A stretch of 32,000 nucleotides of DNA from Candidatus Hadarchaeota archaeon. Lineage in GTDB: Archaea; Hadarchaeota; Hadarchaeia; Hadarchaeales; Hadarchaeaceae. The stretch spans positions 843,063 through 875,062 of the forward strand of contig CAZETV010000001.1 in NCBI GenBank assembly GCA_964514965.1, written 5' to 3'. A model generated the notes under the pieces. The model did no database searches, was not told the origin of the DNA, and saw nothing but the letters and a program-made list of their open reading frames with translations. The position numbers and the translations under genes were made by a program. How positions within the stretch are numbered: the first letter of the stretch is position 1; each line of letters starts with the position of its first letter. Shown in pieces: positions 1 through 9,507 of this stretch.

Positions 1-1174
1 CGTTCATAGGCGGCACCCCTGAGATCGCAAGCGCACCTATCATGAAAGCCATCGCGGTCAAGGGCATGTTGTTCCAGAGCCCTCCAAGCTTGTCCATGTT
101 AGAGGTTCCCACCCGGTAGACGATTGTCCCGGCAATCATGAAGAGCATCGTCTTGTAGATAGCGTTGTTGAGCAGGTGGAAGAGCCCACCTTGGATTCCC
201 AGCGTCGTGCCCAGACCTATGCCTAGCAGGATGTAACCGAGTTGGGAGATACCCGAGTATGCGAGCAAACGCTTTAAGTCCCGTTGGACGAGAGCCATGA
301 AAGCTCCAAGTACCATCGAGACTAATCCGAGGCCCGCGAGTATCATCCCCATTCCGAGAATCCCGAAAAGCATGTAGACCACTCGCAACATCGCGTAAAT
401 CCCGACGGTAGCCGTGGCCCCCGAGAAAAGAGCTGCTACAGCCGATGGCGCCGCTTGGTATGCGTCTGGTTGCCACATGTGCAGGGGAACCATCGCAATC
501 TTGATGCCGAAGCCGGTCATGAAGAGACCTAGCGGCACAATCAGGGCTGATGGGACTACCCCTCCAAACTTTTGCATCAGGTCAGCTATGTTGAGGCTAC
601 CCATTTGCCCGTAGAGCAACGCCACGCCAAGCAGGATGAAAGAGGTGCCTAGGGAGCTGACGATCATGTACTTGATGCTTGCCTCGATTGATTGCCAATT
701 TCGCCTGAACGCCACGAGGGCATAGGAGGAGATGCACATGATCTCGAAGAACACGTAGAGGTTGAAGATGTCTCCCGTGAGAGCGACGCCCATCATACCG
801 GCCAGAATGAGCAAGAAAAGGGTGTAATACTGGTCTAGCCCTGTGTCGCGCTCCATGCAAACAAAGGAGTAAATCGCGACGAGTACGCTGATGCTAGCAA
901 CGATGAGCGCTACCAGTAGGTTCAGCCCGTCGATGGCAAGGTTGATTCCCCAAGGGGGCTGCCATCCTCCTAGCTGATAGACGAACATTTGGCCGCCCCA
1001 TACCTCTGGCGCCATGCTCACCAGGACTACTAACTCCGCAAGCACCGCAGCGATCGCAAACCACTCCCGAGCGCGTTTGATACCTCGTCGGCGGGCTAAA
1101 ATTCCAACTACTGGCATCAGGAACGCCGCGAACAACGGGAGCAAGATGGCCAAAATTGGGGCGTGGGGTATCAC
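1..1174 (-). CDS. mnhD: Mrp/Mbh-type antiporter subunit MnhD (proton-conducting transporter family), 3' end truncated by window edge
   Basis: Hand translation from a GTG at 1174 overlapping the mnhC stop (GTGA) gives MIPHAPILAILLPLFAAFLMPVVGI... then ...GLNLLVALIA... and continues open to position 1 (..NAIYKTMLFMIAGTIVYRVGTSNMDKLGGL..). It is not in the ORF track because it has no stop in the window. Confidence 0.93.
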   Translation of the reverse strand, partial: MIPHAPILAILLPLFAAFLMPVVGILARRRGIKRAREWFAIAAVLAELVVLVSMAPEVWGGQMFVYQLGGWQPPWGINLAIDGLNLLVALIVASISVLVAIYSFVCMERDTGLDQYYTLFLLILAGMMGVALTGDIFNLYVFFEIMCISSYALVAFRRNWQSIEASIKYMIVSSLGTSFILLGVALLYGQMGSLNIADLMQKFGGVVPSALIVPLGLFMTGFGIKIAMVPLHMWQPDAYQAAPSAVAALFSGATATVGIYAMLRVVYMLFGILGMGMILAGLGLVSMVLGAFMALVQRDLKRLLAYSGISQLGYILLGIGLGTTLGIQGGLFHLLNNAIYKTMLFMIAGTIVYRVGTSNMDKLGGLWNNMPLTAMAFMIGALAISGVPPMN

Positions 1175-1530
1175 TCCTTCAACCTCCTGAGTTTAGATGG
1201 GTCAAGCGTGCCGTAGTGGCGGTAGGCGTAGATGGCTAGCGAGAGAGCCAGCGCGAGGATGCAGATATTGATGACGATCGAAGTTAGCACGAGTGCTTGG
1301 GGGACAGGGTCGACGGCGTGGGCGGCAAATCCAGGGAGGTTTGAAAACATATTCCCGCTAACGATTGGAGCCGTGCCTCCTAGGCGATATCCAAGGCTTA
1401 TCAGGAATAGGTGGATACCATCGGTCAGCACGGAGAGGCCGATGATGATTTTAATCAGGTTTCGCTTGAGCAACAAACAGTAAATCCCGAGCGCCACGAG
1501 CGACATAGCCATAATATAATTGAGTTCCAA
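1171..1530 (-). CDS. mnhC: MnhC/NuoK-like antiporter subunit
   Basis: 119 aa, MELNYIMAMSLVALGIYCLLLKRNLIKIIIGLSVLTDGIHLFLISLGYR, typical 3-TM NuoK-like protein in syntenic position. Confidence 0.93.
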   Translation of the reverse strand: MELNYIMAMSLVALGIYCLLLKRNLIKIIIGLSVLTDGIHLFLISLGYRLGGTAPIVSGNMFSNLPGFAAHAVDPVPQALVLTSIVINICILALALSLAIYAYRHYGTLDPSKLRRLKE

Positions 1531-1548
1531 CTTTACACCCCTGTAAAT

Positions 1549-1986
1549 CTACTCATTTTTATCCTCCCTGAAAGCGAACAACATCGCGTAGAAAATCAGG
1601 ATGATGCCCGCCGTGACTTTTATTCCGACGCCTATGTAGAGCAGGGGCAGGTTGCCGGCACTAAATAGCTGCCCGAGACTTCCGAGCGGGAACACGTTTT
1701 GAAGGAAGAAGGTGCCGAGTAGGAGGCCGAACAACCCGAGAACTACTATCGTTATCCCGCCGATACTTTCAAGCACCTCGGCTTGCAGGAGGCCCATTCT
1801 TTTCTGTGTTCGTTCGACGCCGTAGGCTAGGAGTAGCATCACCACCGAGGCGGCGATGATTACACCACCCGGGAACCCCCCTCCGGGAGTCAGGTGGCCG
1901 TGCAGTACGATGTAGGCGCCGAAGAGAAAAGTGAACGGGAAGAGAAGCCTCGTGATTGTTCGAACGATTACCGTCATTCCAGCCAT
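1549..1986 (-). CDS. mnhB: MnhB-type antiporter subunit
   Basis: 145 aa with ...TRLLFPFTFLFGAYIVLHGHLTPGGGFPGGVIIAASVVMLLLAYG, the HGHLTPGGGFPGG hallmark. Confidence 0.95.
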   Translation of the reverse strand: MAGMTVIVRTITRLLFPFTFLFGAYIVLHGHLTPGGGFPGGVIIAASVVMLLLAYGVERTQKRMGLLQAEVLESIGGITIVVLGLFGLLLGTFFLQNVFPLGSLGQLFSAGNLPLLYIGVGIKVTAGIILIFYAMLFAFREDKNE

Positions 1987-2285
1987 TACTCCTGCCTCCT
2001 AAATGCCCTGAACACCATTACCACTCCCACGACAGCCGTGAAGAGCACCGTTGCCTCTCCTAGGGTGTCGTAGCCTCTATAACCCCACACGACGCCCGTC
2101 ACCACATTTGCCGCCCCTGTCTGCTGGGGACCGTTATTCAAAATATGCTGGCCGATGCTGTTATCGACATTTTCCCCGATTTGACGGGCGGGGAATGAGC
2201 CGAACGGCAACATGGTCAAGCTGACGGTGGTAATTAATAGCACGCCAATCGCCGCAGCCATCCCGAATGCCAGCGCCCGTCGCAT
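1986..2285 (-). CDS. MbhE/MnhB N-terminal-like small membrane subunit
   Basis: 99 aa membrane protein with ...[38 protein letters not shown]; stop/start overlap with mnhB; gene order matches Mbh/Mrp modules. Confidence 0.85.
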   Translation of the reverse strand: MRRALAFGMAAAIGVLLITTVSLTMLPFGSFPARQIGENVDNSIGQHILNNGPQQTGAANVVTGVVWGYRGYDTLGEATVLFTAVVGVVMVFRAFRRQE

Positions 2286-2286
2286 C

Positions 2287-2532
2287 TCACTCTTGCCTCC
2301 TTGTGCGGCTTATCGCGATGACGAAGAGTACGGTCGCCACACCCGCTCCCACGGCCGCTTGGGTGATTGCGATATCCGGGGCCTGAAGCATAAAGAAGAT
2401 AACCGCGAGGGTGATGCTTGCTCCGGCTAGCATGATCACCGAGTGTAGCAGGTCTTTGAGTTCAATCGCGATAAGGCAGAGCACGAACAGGAACACGAGC
2501 AGGGCATTTTGAATCAGTAACTCAAGACTCAC
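2287..2532 (-). CDS. DUF4040 / MbhD-like subunit
   Basis: 81 aa with [57 protein letters not shown], the A-P-D-x-A-x-T-x-A-A-x-G-A motif. Confidence 0.88.
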   Translation of the reverse strand: MSLELLIQNALLVFLFVLCLIAIELKDLLHSVIMLAGASITLAVIFFMLQAPDIAITQAAVGAGVATVLFVIAISRTRRQE

Positions 2533-2855
2533 GGTTTTTCCTCCTTGAGCTTGTCGACCACACTGCGGCGCCAGAGCTTGACGCCGGACTTGTGGGCGGC
2601 CCGAGCTATCGCATGGGCGCTCACTGGGTTGGTGAGAAAGAGAAACATGGCGATGATAAGCACTTTTAGTGTGTACGAGCTGAACCCCTCGAACACACTC
2701 GCGCCTATAAGAGTTACAATCACCCCACCGACCACGACGACGGTGTTCGCGTGGATTCGATTATAAACGTCGGGGAAGCGTACGATTCCTATCGCCCCGA
2801 TGAGAGCACAAGCAGCACCTATCCCGAGCAGGATGTATGCCACTAGCTCAATCAT
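2529..2855 (-). CDS. mnhG: MnhG-type antiporter subunit
   Basis: 108 aa with GIGAACALIGAIGIVRFPDVYNRIHANTVVVVGGVIVTLIG. Confidence 0.92.
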   Translation of the reverse strand: MIELVAYILLGIGAACALIGAIGIVRFPDVYNRIHANTVVVVGGVIVTLIGASVFEGFSSYTLKVLIIAMFLFLTNPVSAHAIARAAHKSGVKLWRRSVVDKLKEEKP

Positions 2856-3145
2856 GTCTCGATCCCCCTGCCTTCAAGATATTTTGCGATTGCAAGCGTT
2901 CCCAAGAAAGCGATGAAGGCGTAAACCAAGGCAACGTCGAGGTAGATCGGCGCGTGGTAGTAAACGCTCAGCAGCACCAAGGCACAGACCATTAGCGCGA
3001 CCAAGGCATCGATTGCAACGACCCGGTCGGGGGCAGTGGGGCCCAGCGCGGCTCGGACAGCACAGATGAGGCATGCGCAGAAGATGAGAACGAGCACCTC
3101 TAGAATCATCTGAATATCCTCCTGAGGAAGCGTTCGAAGGGCCAA
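2852..3145 (-). CDS. mnhF: MnhF-type antiporter subunit
   Basis: 97 aa with GPTAPDRVVAIDALVALMVCALVLLSVYYHAPIYLDVALVYAFIAFLGTLAIAKYLE. Confidence 0.92.
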   Translation of the reverse strand: MALRTLPQEDIQMILEVLVLIFCACLICAVRAALGPTAPDRVVAIDALVALMVCALVLLSVYYHAPIYLDVALVYAFIAFLGTLAIAKYLEGRGIET

Positions 3146-3645
3146 GCTATCTGTTTGTTGGTTTGCTCGGGTTCGACCGTTTTGACATTGATCCAGTGCA
3201 CGTATATGGAAGGTTTCTCTTCATCGACCTCCACGCTGAGCGTGCCCGGGGTCATAGTGATCGCGTTGGCTAATCCGGTGATGCCGAAGTCGCTCCGGAG
3301 TTTGGTCGGTACTTGCACGATGCCGGGTTTAATTGGCATTCGAGGGTGTAAGATGAAATAAATGACGCTCGCATGCGCCTTCAGCTCGGTCCAGATGTAT
3401 GCGGGCAAGTAGGCGAGAGCGTAGCCCCATCGCTTGGGTTCAAATTTTTCACGCATCCCACCGCGGAAAAGGAGCTTGTAAGAAATTACGGCCACGAAGG
3501 CAGCGACGATTGCTCCAACTCCGAGCTCTTGAAAATTGAGTGAACCAGTTAGGGCAATCCACGCTAGCCACAGGCAGATGAACGCAACGAACAAACTTTC
3601 TTTAGCCATTAATATCGCTTCGTTGCCCCATGATGCTGGGCCCAA
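3106..3645 (-). CDS. mnhE: MnhE-type antiporter subunit (start probably at an internal Met)
   Basis: 179 aa with ...LTPGTLSVEVDEEKPSIYVHWINVKT, the MnhE C-terminal signature; first gene of the minus-strand cluster. Confidence 0.9.
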   Translation of the reverse strand: MGPASWGNEAILMAKESLFVAFICLWLAWIALTGSLNFQELGVGAIVAAFVAVISYKLLFRGGMREKFEPKRWGYALAYLPAYIWTELKAHASVIYFILHPRMPIKPGIVQVPTKLRSDFGITGLANAITMTPGTLSVEVDEEKPSIYVHWINVKTVEPEQTNKQIAWPFERFLRRIFR

Positions 3646-3708
3646 CTTTTTTTCTTGTCTTCATATTTACTCCATTTTCCGTAGTTTCCTATTCCTTTAA
3701 TTTTTACG

Positions 3709-3720
3709 TTTATATATCAT
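3709..3720 (-). promoter_or_regulatory. TATA-box-like element for the antiporter operon
   Basis: Minus strand GATATATAAACG about 65-70 nt upstream of the mnhE ORF in an AT-rich intergenic region. Confidence 0.45.
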
Positions 3721-3980
3721 TTATTTTTATCTCACTTTTTGTGTTTTCTTTAATTGTAACAAAATTTGATGGGTTGGAATGATTTTAGCGCTCTCCAAAA
3801 TTTCACTCTTTTAAAATAACCTTCACCCAAAGAATCGGCGGGCAAATTGAACATTTTGGCCGTGTCCACGCTTGTCGTGATTTGGCAAATCGACTTGCCC
3901 TTATTCGAGCGCTATCGTTGCACGCAGGCAGTCTCGTTGGCGTTTTCCAGCGGATTTACAAATGGTAGCATGGGAAACTC

Positions 3981-5960
3981 ATGAGAGAGTTTGCTTCACT
4001 CTTGCTCGTGCTGGCGGTGCTGCTTCTGGCGGTAGTTCCGGTCAGAGCCAGTCCGTATGTTTTCACCGACAATAGCTTCAGCTCGCCTGGAGGGCTGGAT
4101 GATGTCGAGGTTGTTGCTGGTAATGTAAGATTGGAGATTACTCCCGAAAACTGGACGCAAACAACAAAGGCTGATTTTGAGAAATGGCAGAATTACGAGA
4201 ATGTAAAAGTTGTTGATTTGGGTTATGTAAAACTTGAGGGCACTGGCGAAGGATGGTCAACCTTAGAAAATGCACCCTACAGCAGTAGATATTGCATAGC
4301 GACGGCTGGTGCTGGAGACTACATTTTCATTCTTAGGGGCTACTGGTCCGGCGTCGAGGTCGGGATAGGGAGATACAATACTGCAACCAAGAGATGGGAG
4401 AAGTGGAGCGAGCCAACGATTGAGTGGCAAGAGAAGAAGCACTACTTTAAAAATGGTTGCTCGATGGCTTGGGACAATGGCGGCTATGTTTACGTGCTTG
4501 CGGGAGGCAGCTACAACGATACACTCGACCCATCCAATCCCACCGCGAATGAGCCCCGCTACGGTTTCTGGCGCTTTTCGGTCGGAAATCCATCCAGTTG
4601 GGAGCGACTCGAGAACACACCATGGCACCAAGGCCCGGGAAACGCTTTAGTTTGGGCAAGGGCCGGCGGCGAGGATTACATCTATGCGTGGATTGGCACC
4701 ACGAGCAAAAATCGCGGGCTCGGTTGTGGGGCAAAATTTTATCGCTATAGCATTCACAGCGGACACTGGGATTCAAACCCGATAACAGAGATAGAGAAGC
4801 TGTATCATGATAACGAGGTTTTGCCGCCCTACGGTGCCGACGATGGCTCAAGCTTGGTTTGGACTGGCGGGGATTACATCTATTTTCTCCCGGGCGCCTA
4901 TGCCGAGAATCTGCCTCCCAACAAGGAGCGCTATTTTGCACGTTTCGTGATTTCGGAGGATAGATGGGAAAATCTAGAGATGTTGCCCCACAACGAGAAC
5001 CCGGGCACAGCAGAGAGCGATGGTGTAGACGATGGTGGCTCGATGGTTTGGGCCGGCGGCGATTATCTCTACGTTTTGAAGGGCGGCGATGGAAACGGCG
5101 ATAATGAGGCGGAAAATTTCTGGCGTTACAGCATCAGCTCGGGCTCGTGGGAGGTGCTGGCTGGGGTCCCGCTTGGGCCGTCGAGGAACAACGGCACGAG
5201 GCTAGGTTATGCTGGCGAGAACGTGTATTACTGGCACGCCAATTCGACTGGGTTCTGGGCATACGCGCCGCCGAGGTATAAGAGGGGCGGTTATTTTACA
5301 TCGAGTGTTTTTGATGCTGGTGTGAACTCCACTTGGCAACGGATGAGCTTTGAGTTTGGTGCAAGTAACGGGGCGACGCTTCGGGTTTGGACACGGTCTA
5401 GTTCAGACAACGTGAAGTGGTCGGATTGGGTGGAAAATCAAAGCGGGGACTTACTGCTGTGGGAGAACCGCTACCTCCAGTACCGCGTGGAGTTCTCGAC
5501 CGCCGATGAATATACAACACCCATACTGCACGAGATGCGCATCGCCTATGTTAAGAAAATTTGGAGGGCTGGCACTTTCACGAGCCAGCCCCTCGAGCTC
5601 GGCCACGTTGAGAACTGGGGCGAGCTGAGCTGGGAGGCGACGCTACCGGAGAACGCCTCGATATCGTTCGCCACCCGAAGCTCGGCGGATGGCTCGACTT
5701 GGTCGGAGTGGGCCGATCTTGACTCGAACGCGATTCAAAGTCCGACCAACGGCCGACAGTTCCTGCAGGTCCGGGCAATTCTGATGGGCTTGGGCGCGAC
5801 AACCCCAACCTTGCGGAGCTACAGCGTCTCCTACACCCCCGATTTAACGCCGCCGGTTCAACTGATTTGGCAAGTGGCGCTGGTCGTAGCGGCTGGCGCG
5901 GCTGGAGTTGCGGTGGCTGGCGTGGTTCGGGCACTCTCAAAGGGGGCTCGTAACGCCTAA
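3981..5960 (+). CDS. Secreted/anchored Kelch-like repeat protein
   Basis: 659 aa: signal peptide (MREFASLLLVLAVLLLAVVPVRA), repeated blades such as ARAGGEDYIYAWIG, WTGGDYIYFLPGA, WAGGDYLYVLKGG, WDNGGYVYVLAGG, a C-terminal beta-rich domain and a C-terminal TM helix (WQVALVVAAGAAGVAVAGVV) followed by Arg/Lys. Confidence 0.8.
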   Translation: MREFASLLLVLAVLLLAVVPVRASPYVFTDNSFSSPGGLDDVEVVAGNVRLEITPENWTQTTKADFEKWQNYENVKVVDLGYVKLEGTGEGWSTLENAPYSSRYCIATAGAGDYIFILRGYWSGVEVGIGRYNTATKRWEKWSEPTIEWQEKKHYFKNGCSMAWDNGGYVYVLAGGSYNDTLDPSNPTANEPRYGFWRFSVGNPSSWERLENTPWHQGPGNALVWARAGGEDYIYAWIGTTSKNRGLGCGAKFYRYSIHSGHWDSNPITEIEKLYHDNEVLPPYGADDGSSLVWTGGDYIYFLPGAYAENLPPNKERYFARFVISEDRWENLEMLPHNENPGTAESDGVDDGGSMVWAGGDYLYVLKGGDGNGDNEAENFWRYSISSGSWEVLAGVPLGPSRNNGTRLGYAGENVYYWHANSTGFWAYAPPRYKRGGYFTSSVFDAGVNSTWQRMSFEFGASNGATLRVWTRSSSDNVKWSDWVENQSGDLLLWENRYLQYRVEFSTADEYTTPILHEMRIAYVKKIWRAGTFTSQPLELGHVENWGELSWEATLPENASISFATRSSADGSTWSEWADLDSNAIQSPTNGRQFLQVRAILMGLGATTPTLRSYSVSYTPDLTPPVQLIWQVALVVAAGAAGVAVAGVVRALSKGARNA

Positions 5961-6124
5961 GGGGACAGAGATAACGCTCGGATTAAGGTGCAAGGCGCAG
6001 ACAGGACGAAAGCAATCTGGGGCTTTACACGTCAATCGTCGATTGTGGTATTAACGTTCAACGTAGTAATTGGGGGTATTTAAAGCTTTTTCTTCAAAGT
6101 TGGGGAATTTTTAAGGCTAGAAAC

Positions 6125-6132
6125 GCTTAAAT
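6125..6132 (+). promoter_or_regulatory. TATA-box-like element upstream of the 1076-aa surface protein
   Basis: CTTAAATA about 46-53 nt upstream of the GTG start; Shine-Dalgarno-like GGAG at about 6166-6169. Confidence 0.5.
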
Positions 6133-6177
6133 AGGGGGTCATAAAGAGTTCAGCCGAATAAAAAAGGAGTTGAATAA

Positions 6178-9100
6178 GTGAAAGGCAAACTAGCATTAGC
6201 AATTGCAGCCTTAATGGTAACTTCAATGGCACTTTCGATATCGACAACTACCGTTACAGCTGGTGTGGGTGATAGCATGTCGCCCACATACGCAAGAGCG
6301 AACACTAGGGTCATGTTTACTGTTACCGTAACGAACGACTCGGCGACCGATAGCATCGACAACATTCGGATTATCTCTTCGGATGCTGGCTTCATTCAAG
6401 CGATCGGCGGTGCGGAAAATGCTGAGAACCTGAAGCTCGCGGCGGACAACATGGAGAATGCGGTTGCATTCTTGAGTCAAGCAGGTGAGAACCTGAAGCT
6501 CGCGGGTGACAACAAGGCAGCAGCTGGCCAAGCACTGATAGATGCGGCGGCTGAGCTTGTTACTGCCACAAATAAATTCGTATTACTGGGATGGGATAAC
6601 ATACCAAGTCTAGTCGATCAGGCAGCTACTTATCTAGATTACGCTGCTACTGACATGGCAGCGGCATCTGAGAACTTCACGAACATAGCTGCCAACCTGG
6701 AAAATGCGTGGTATTATCTAAATCTGGCGGGCGGCAACGACAAAGGCGGGAGCCTAGAGAACCTAGACAACTACAATTTAAACGCGGCTGAAAACTTCGA
6801 CAATGCAGCAGCTTGGTTGGACAATGTAGGTGGTGCTCTAGAGAATGGATCTTTGCGGAACGCAGGTGACAACCTAGTGATAGCAGGTATCTACTTGGAG
6901 AACGCAGGCAAAACAGGTGGTTTAGCGGATAATAACACGGCGTTGGGCACAGCTATAGAAACGGCAGGTTTGAAACTCCAACTTGCAGGAAACAACCTGA
7001 TAGATGCAGCTGACTACGAAAACAATGCGGGTCTCAACCTCGTATCCGTTAAAGACTACTTGCTGAGTTCTGGTAGCTTAATCAGATTAGCCAATCCCAA
7101 CCTTGACGCAGCTGGTGACAATCTAGAGAATGCAGCCCTTCAGATAGGTTATGCAGCCGATAACATGGAGGACATAGATGATAACATTCTCAAAGCCGGT
7201 GAAAACCTATCCGTGGCGGCTACATACTTGTCTAATGCAGCTACTCAACTCGGTGCTGCTTTAGGCGGTGACGAGCTGGGCGATGCCATGGATCATGAGA
7301 ACACTGCAGCTGATAGCTTGAACGTTGAAACTGTGGATTTGGGCACAGCAGGTCAAGAGCTAGTAAATGCAGCTGACGACCTCAGTGCGGCTGCCACCAC
7401 GCTCTTGGCAACAGCGAATTCTCTAACGCCAGTTACTTGGACTATGACTGCCGGATCAGGCTATGTGCAGTTCAACTCAATTGACGATAACACCATAGCG
7501 GCTGGCGGCAATGAGACCTTCGTCTTCCTCTGGACGACTCCAAGCGATGACGAATACACGATGACCATAGCCAGCAACAAGGTAGACGGCGGGGACGCGA
7601 ACTGGATAGTACAAGACACCATAACGGTAACTATCGACGGCACATATCCAACTTTGACGATAGAGGTCACGCAGACAGGTGTAGTAGACAAGAATGACGA
7701 TGCTGTTATCAACGTGGTGGGCACTGCCCTTAACAATGCGCAAGCGACGATTACAATAACCGCGAGCGAGACGCTTCAGTCCATCGGCACCGTGACCGTG
7801 GAGAACTCAGGCGGTAGTAAGGATAACTTTGTGCCACCTATTACGCTGACTACGACCGATAATATTGTCTACACTGGTACCTTCACCGTAGGATCTTGGG
7901 ACGACAACGTGCCAGTGGTGAAGGTAGCAAGCGCCACGGACCTAGCGGGTCTCGAGAACACAGCTGGCATGGAAGGCGCATTCACCGTCGACACACGAGC
8001 ACCAGTCTTTGTGGACAACGGCTTGTCAACTCTTGTCGCGGGCATGATCGCGACGAATGTTACACAGGCCGGAACCGGTACGACATTTGCTTACGTGGAC
8101 AACAAGACCGCCCAATCTATCACTATACGTGTGGCGGACAACGTTAGCGACGTGGACAATGGCGCGTATGTGATTAACGTTACAGTCAACACCACCTCGG
8201 CGACTAGGAGCGCAGTGGTGGAGAACCTCTGGAGCGTGGACCCGTTAACGTTGAACGAGGGTCTGACCTCCGTGTTGACAGTAACGGCGACCGACCGCAC
8301 GGGCAATACGGTGAGCGACAACGTTGAGAATATCTTCATCGACACAGTGGTGCCATCGGTCAGTTTTAGCACCATTGCCGGCAAAACTTGGGAGGAGAAC
8401 GCAGAACTCATTAACGATTCCACCCCGACCATAGTGCTATCGATAACCGACGCGGGCTTGGGAGTAGCGTATGAGAATCTCCGCGTCGTTTTGGACGACA
8501 ACGACAATATCGATGGTCTCCCAATCTGGGGCGATAACCTCGACAACGCTAGTCCGTACGTGTGGAGCGTGACTACAGGCGCGACCTTTGAGAACATCGT
8601 CATCTACGAAAACGGCGAATCGTTATCCGACGGTACCTACTGGATAGGTGTGGTCGCGAGCGACAACATCGCGCACGACGGTGTAGAGAAGGTGGTTCTC
8701 TACCGCTCGTTCACGGTTGACGCCACGGCACCATCCGTTCCAACACCAGTAACAGGAGAGAACCCGCTCGCTAGCACGACTGTGATTAACCCGCTTGTAC
8801 AGAAGTCAACAACGCTTACCTTGGTTGGTACCAGCGCAGAAGTTGAGGCGACCGTCAAGGTCTACCTAAACGATGCAACGACGGCGGCAGCTACGTCAAC
8901 TGTTGATTCCGCGGGAAGGTGGACAGTTGGCATCCCGCTGACGGCTGGGCAAGTCACCAAGGTGGACGTTACATTGACTGATATTGCAGGCAACGAAGGG
9001 GCTAGATATCTCTACGGCTACGCAATGGCGGATGGTAATGCTCCGGAGGTGACTCTGGCCACGCCGCCTGAGACGACGGACAAGAGTAGCATCACCATCA

Positions 9101-9408
9101 GCGGAACAGTGACCAAGGATTTATGGGAGGACTGGTCCGATATTACACTGACGGTACAGATCGGAACTGGAAGAGTAGTCGTGCCGTGTATTGGAGGTAC
9201 CTACAACTACAGCTTGGCGCTCTCAGAGGGCCCGAACACCATAGTCGTACAGGCAACCGATAGTATCGGCAATGCGAGTTCTGCAGCAACTGCAGTGGTC
9301 GAACGAGTAGTTACTCCATGGGCAATCTACGCGATTATCTTGGTGATAGTCGCGCTGATATTGGCTGCTATTGCAATATTTGGTGGATCGATATTTAGAA
9401 AGAAGTAA
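6178..9408 (+). CDS. Large surface protein: signal peptide, Ig-like region containing a long helical repeat, several Ig-like domains, C-terminal TM anchor
   Basis: 1076 aa, GTG start. N-term MKGKLALAIAALMVTSMALSISTTTVTAG; residues about 75-420 rich in A(A/G)xNLxxAxxxLxNA units; then repeated Ig-like segments (TFTVGSWDDNVPVVKVASATDLAG, SFTVDATAPSVPTPVTG, TVKVYLNDATT...VDSAGRWTVGIPLTAG); C-terminal AIYAIILVIVALILAAIAIFGGSIFRKK. Confidence 0.85.
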   Translation: MKGKLALAIAALMVTSMALSISTTTVTAGVGDSMSPTYARANTRVMFTVTVTNDSATDSIDNIRIISSDAGFIQAIGGAENAENLKLAADNMENAVAFLSQAGENLKLAGDNKAAAGQALIDAAAELVTATNKFVLLGWDNIPSLVDQAATYLDYAATDMAAASENFTNIAANLENAWYYLNLAGGNDKGGSLENLDNYNLNAAENFDNAAAWLDNVGGALENGSLRNAGDNLVIAGIYLENAGKTGGLADNNTALGTAIETAGLKLQLAGNNLIDAADYENNAGLNLVSVKDYLLSSGSLIRLANPNLDAAGDNLENAALQIGYAADNMEDIDDNILKAGENLSVAATYLSNAATQLGAALGGDELGDAMDHENTAADSLNVETVDLGTAGQELVNAADDLSAAATTLLATANSLTPVTWTMTAGSGYVQFNSIDDNTIAAGGNETFVFLWTTPSDDEYTMTIASNKVDGGDANWIVQDTITVTIDGTYPTLTIEVTQTGVVDKNDDAVINVVGTALNNAQATITITASETLQSIGTVTVENSGGSKDNFVPPITLTTTDNIVYTGTFTVGSWDDNVPVVKVASATDLAGLENTAGMEGAFTVDTRAPVFVDNGLSTLVAGMIATNVTQAGTGTTFAYVDNKTAQSITIRVADNVSDVDNGAYVINVTVNTTSATRSAVVENLWSVDPLTLNEGLTSVLTVTATDRTGNTVSDNVENIFIDTVVPSVSFSTIAGKTWEENAELINDSTPTIVLSITDAGLGVAYENLRVVLDDNDNIDGLPIWGDNLDNASPYVWSVTTGATFENIVIYENGESLSDGTYWIGVVASDNIAHDGVEKVVLYRSFTVDATAPSVPTPVTGENPLASTTVINPLVQKSTTLTLVGTSAEVEATVKVYLNDATTAAATSTVDSAGRWTVGIPLTAGQVTKVDVTLTDIAGNEGARYLYGYAMADGNAPEVTLATPPETTDKSSITISGTVTKDLWEDWSDITLTVQIGTGRVVVPCIGGTYNYSLALSEGPNTIVVQATDSIGNASSAATAVVERVVTPWAIYAIILVIVALILAAIAIFGGSIFRKK
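6400..7435 (+). repeat. Region encoding degenerate helical repeats with consensus roughly A(A/G)(E/D)NLxxA(A/G)
   Basis: Units AENLKLAADNMENA, GENLKLAGDNKAAA, AENFDNAAAWLDN, GDNLVIAGIYLENAG, GNNLIDAADY, GDNLENAALQIGYAADNMEDI, GENLSVAATYLSNAA; the DNA word gagaacctgaagctcgcgg occurs twice near 6427 and 6490. Confidence 0.7.
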
Positions 9409-9507
9409 GGGGAAAACGCCAATCAATCCCCTTACTTTTTTGCATTTTTTCTCTACTAGCGAGAGCCTTCTTAACCATAGCCGAAGCAGCTAAGACGAAA
9501 AGTAGCC

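Noticed and set aside
99-1163. ORFs 99..476 (-), 414..614 (+), 597..860 (-) in the track
   Set aside because: Shadow frames of the truncated mnhD gene, which translates cleanly across the whole interval; products look like low-complexity Arg/His-rich shadows.
4263-4941. Antisense ORFs 4263..4631, 4420..4650, 4447..4941
   Set aside because: Opposite-strand shadows of the Kelch-like gene with no recognisable domain.
6400-7435. CRISPR or DNA-level tandem array
   Set aside because: The similarity is at the protein level (degenerate helical repeats); DNA copies diverge and spacing is irregular.
8091-8603. Antisense 170-aa ORF opposite the large surface protein
   Set aside because: Mirror frame of a repetitive Ig-like coding region; no ribosome-binding or domain support.
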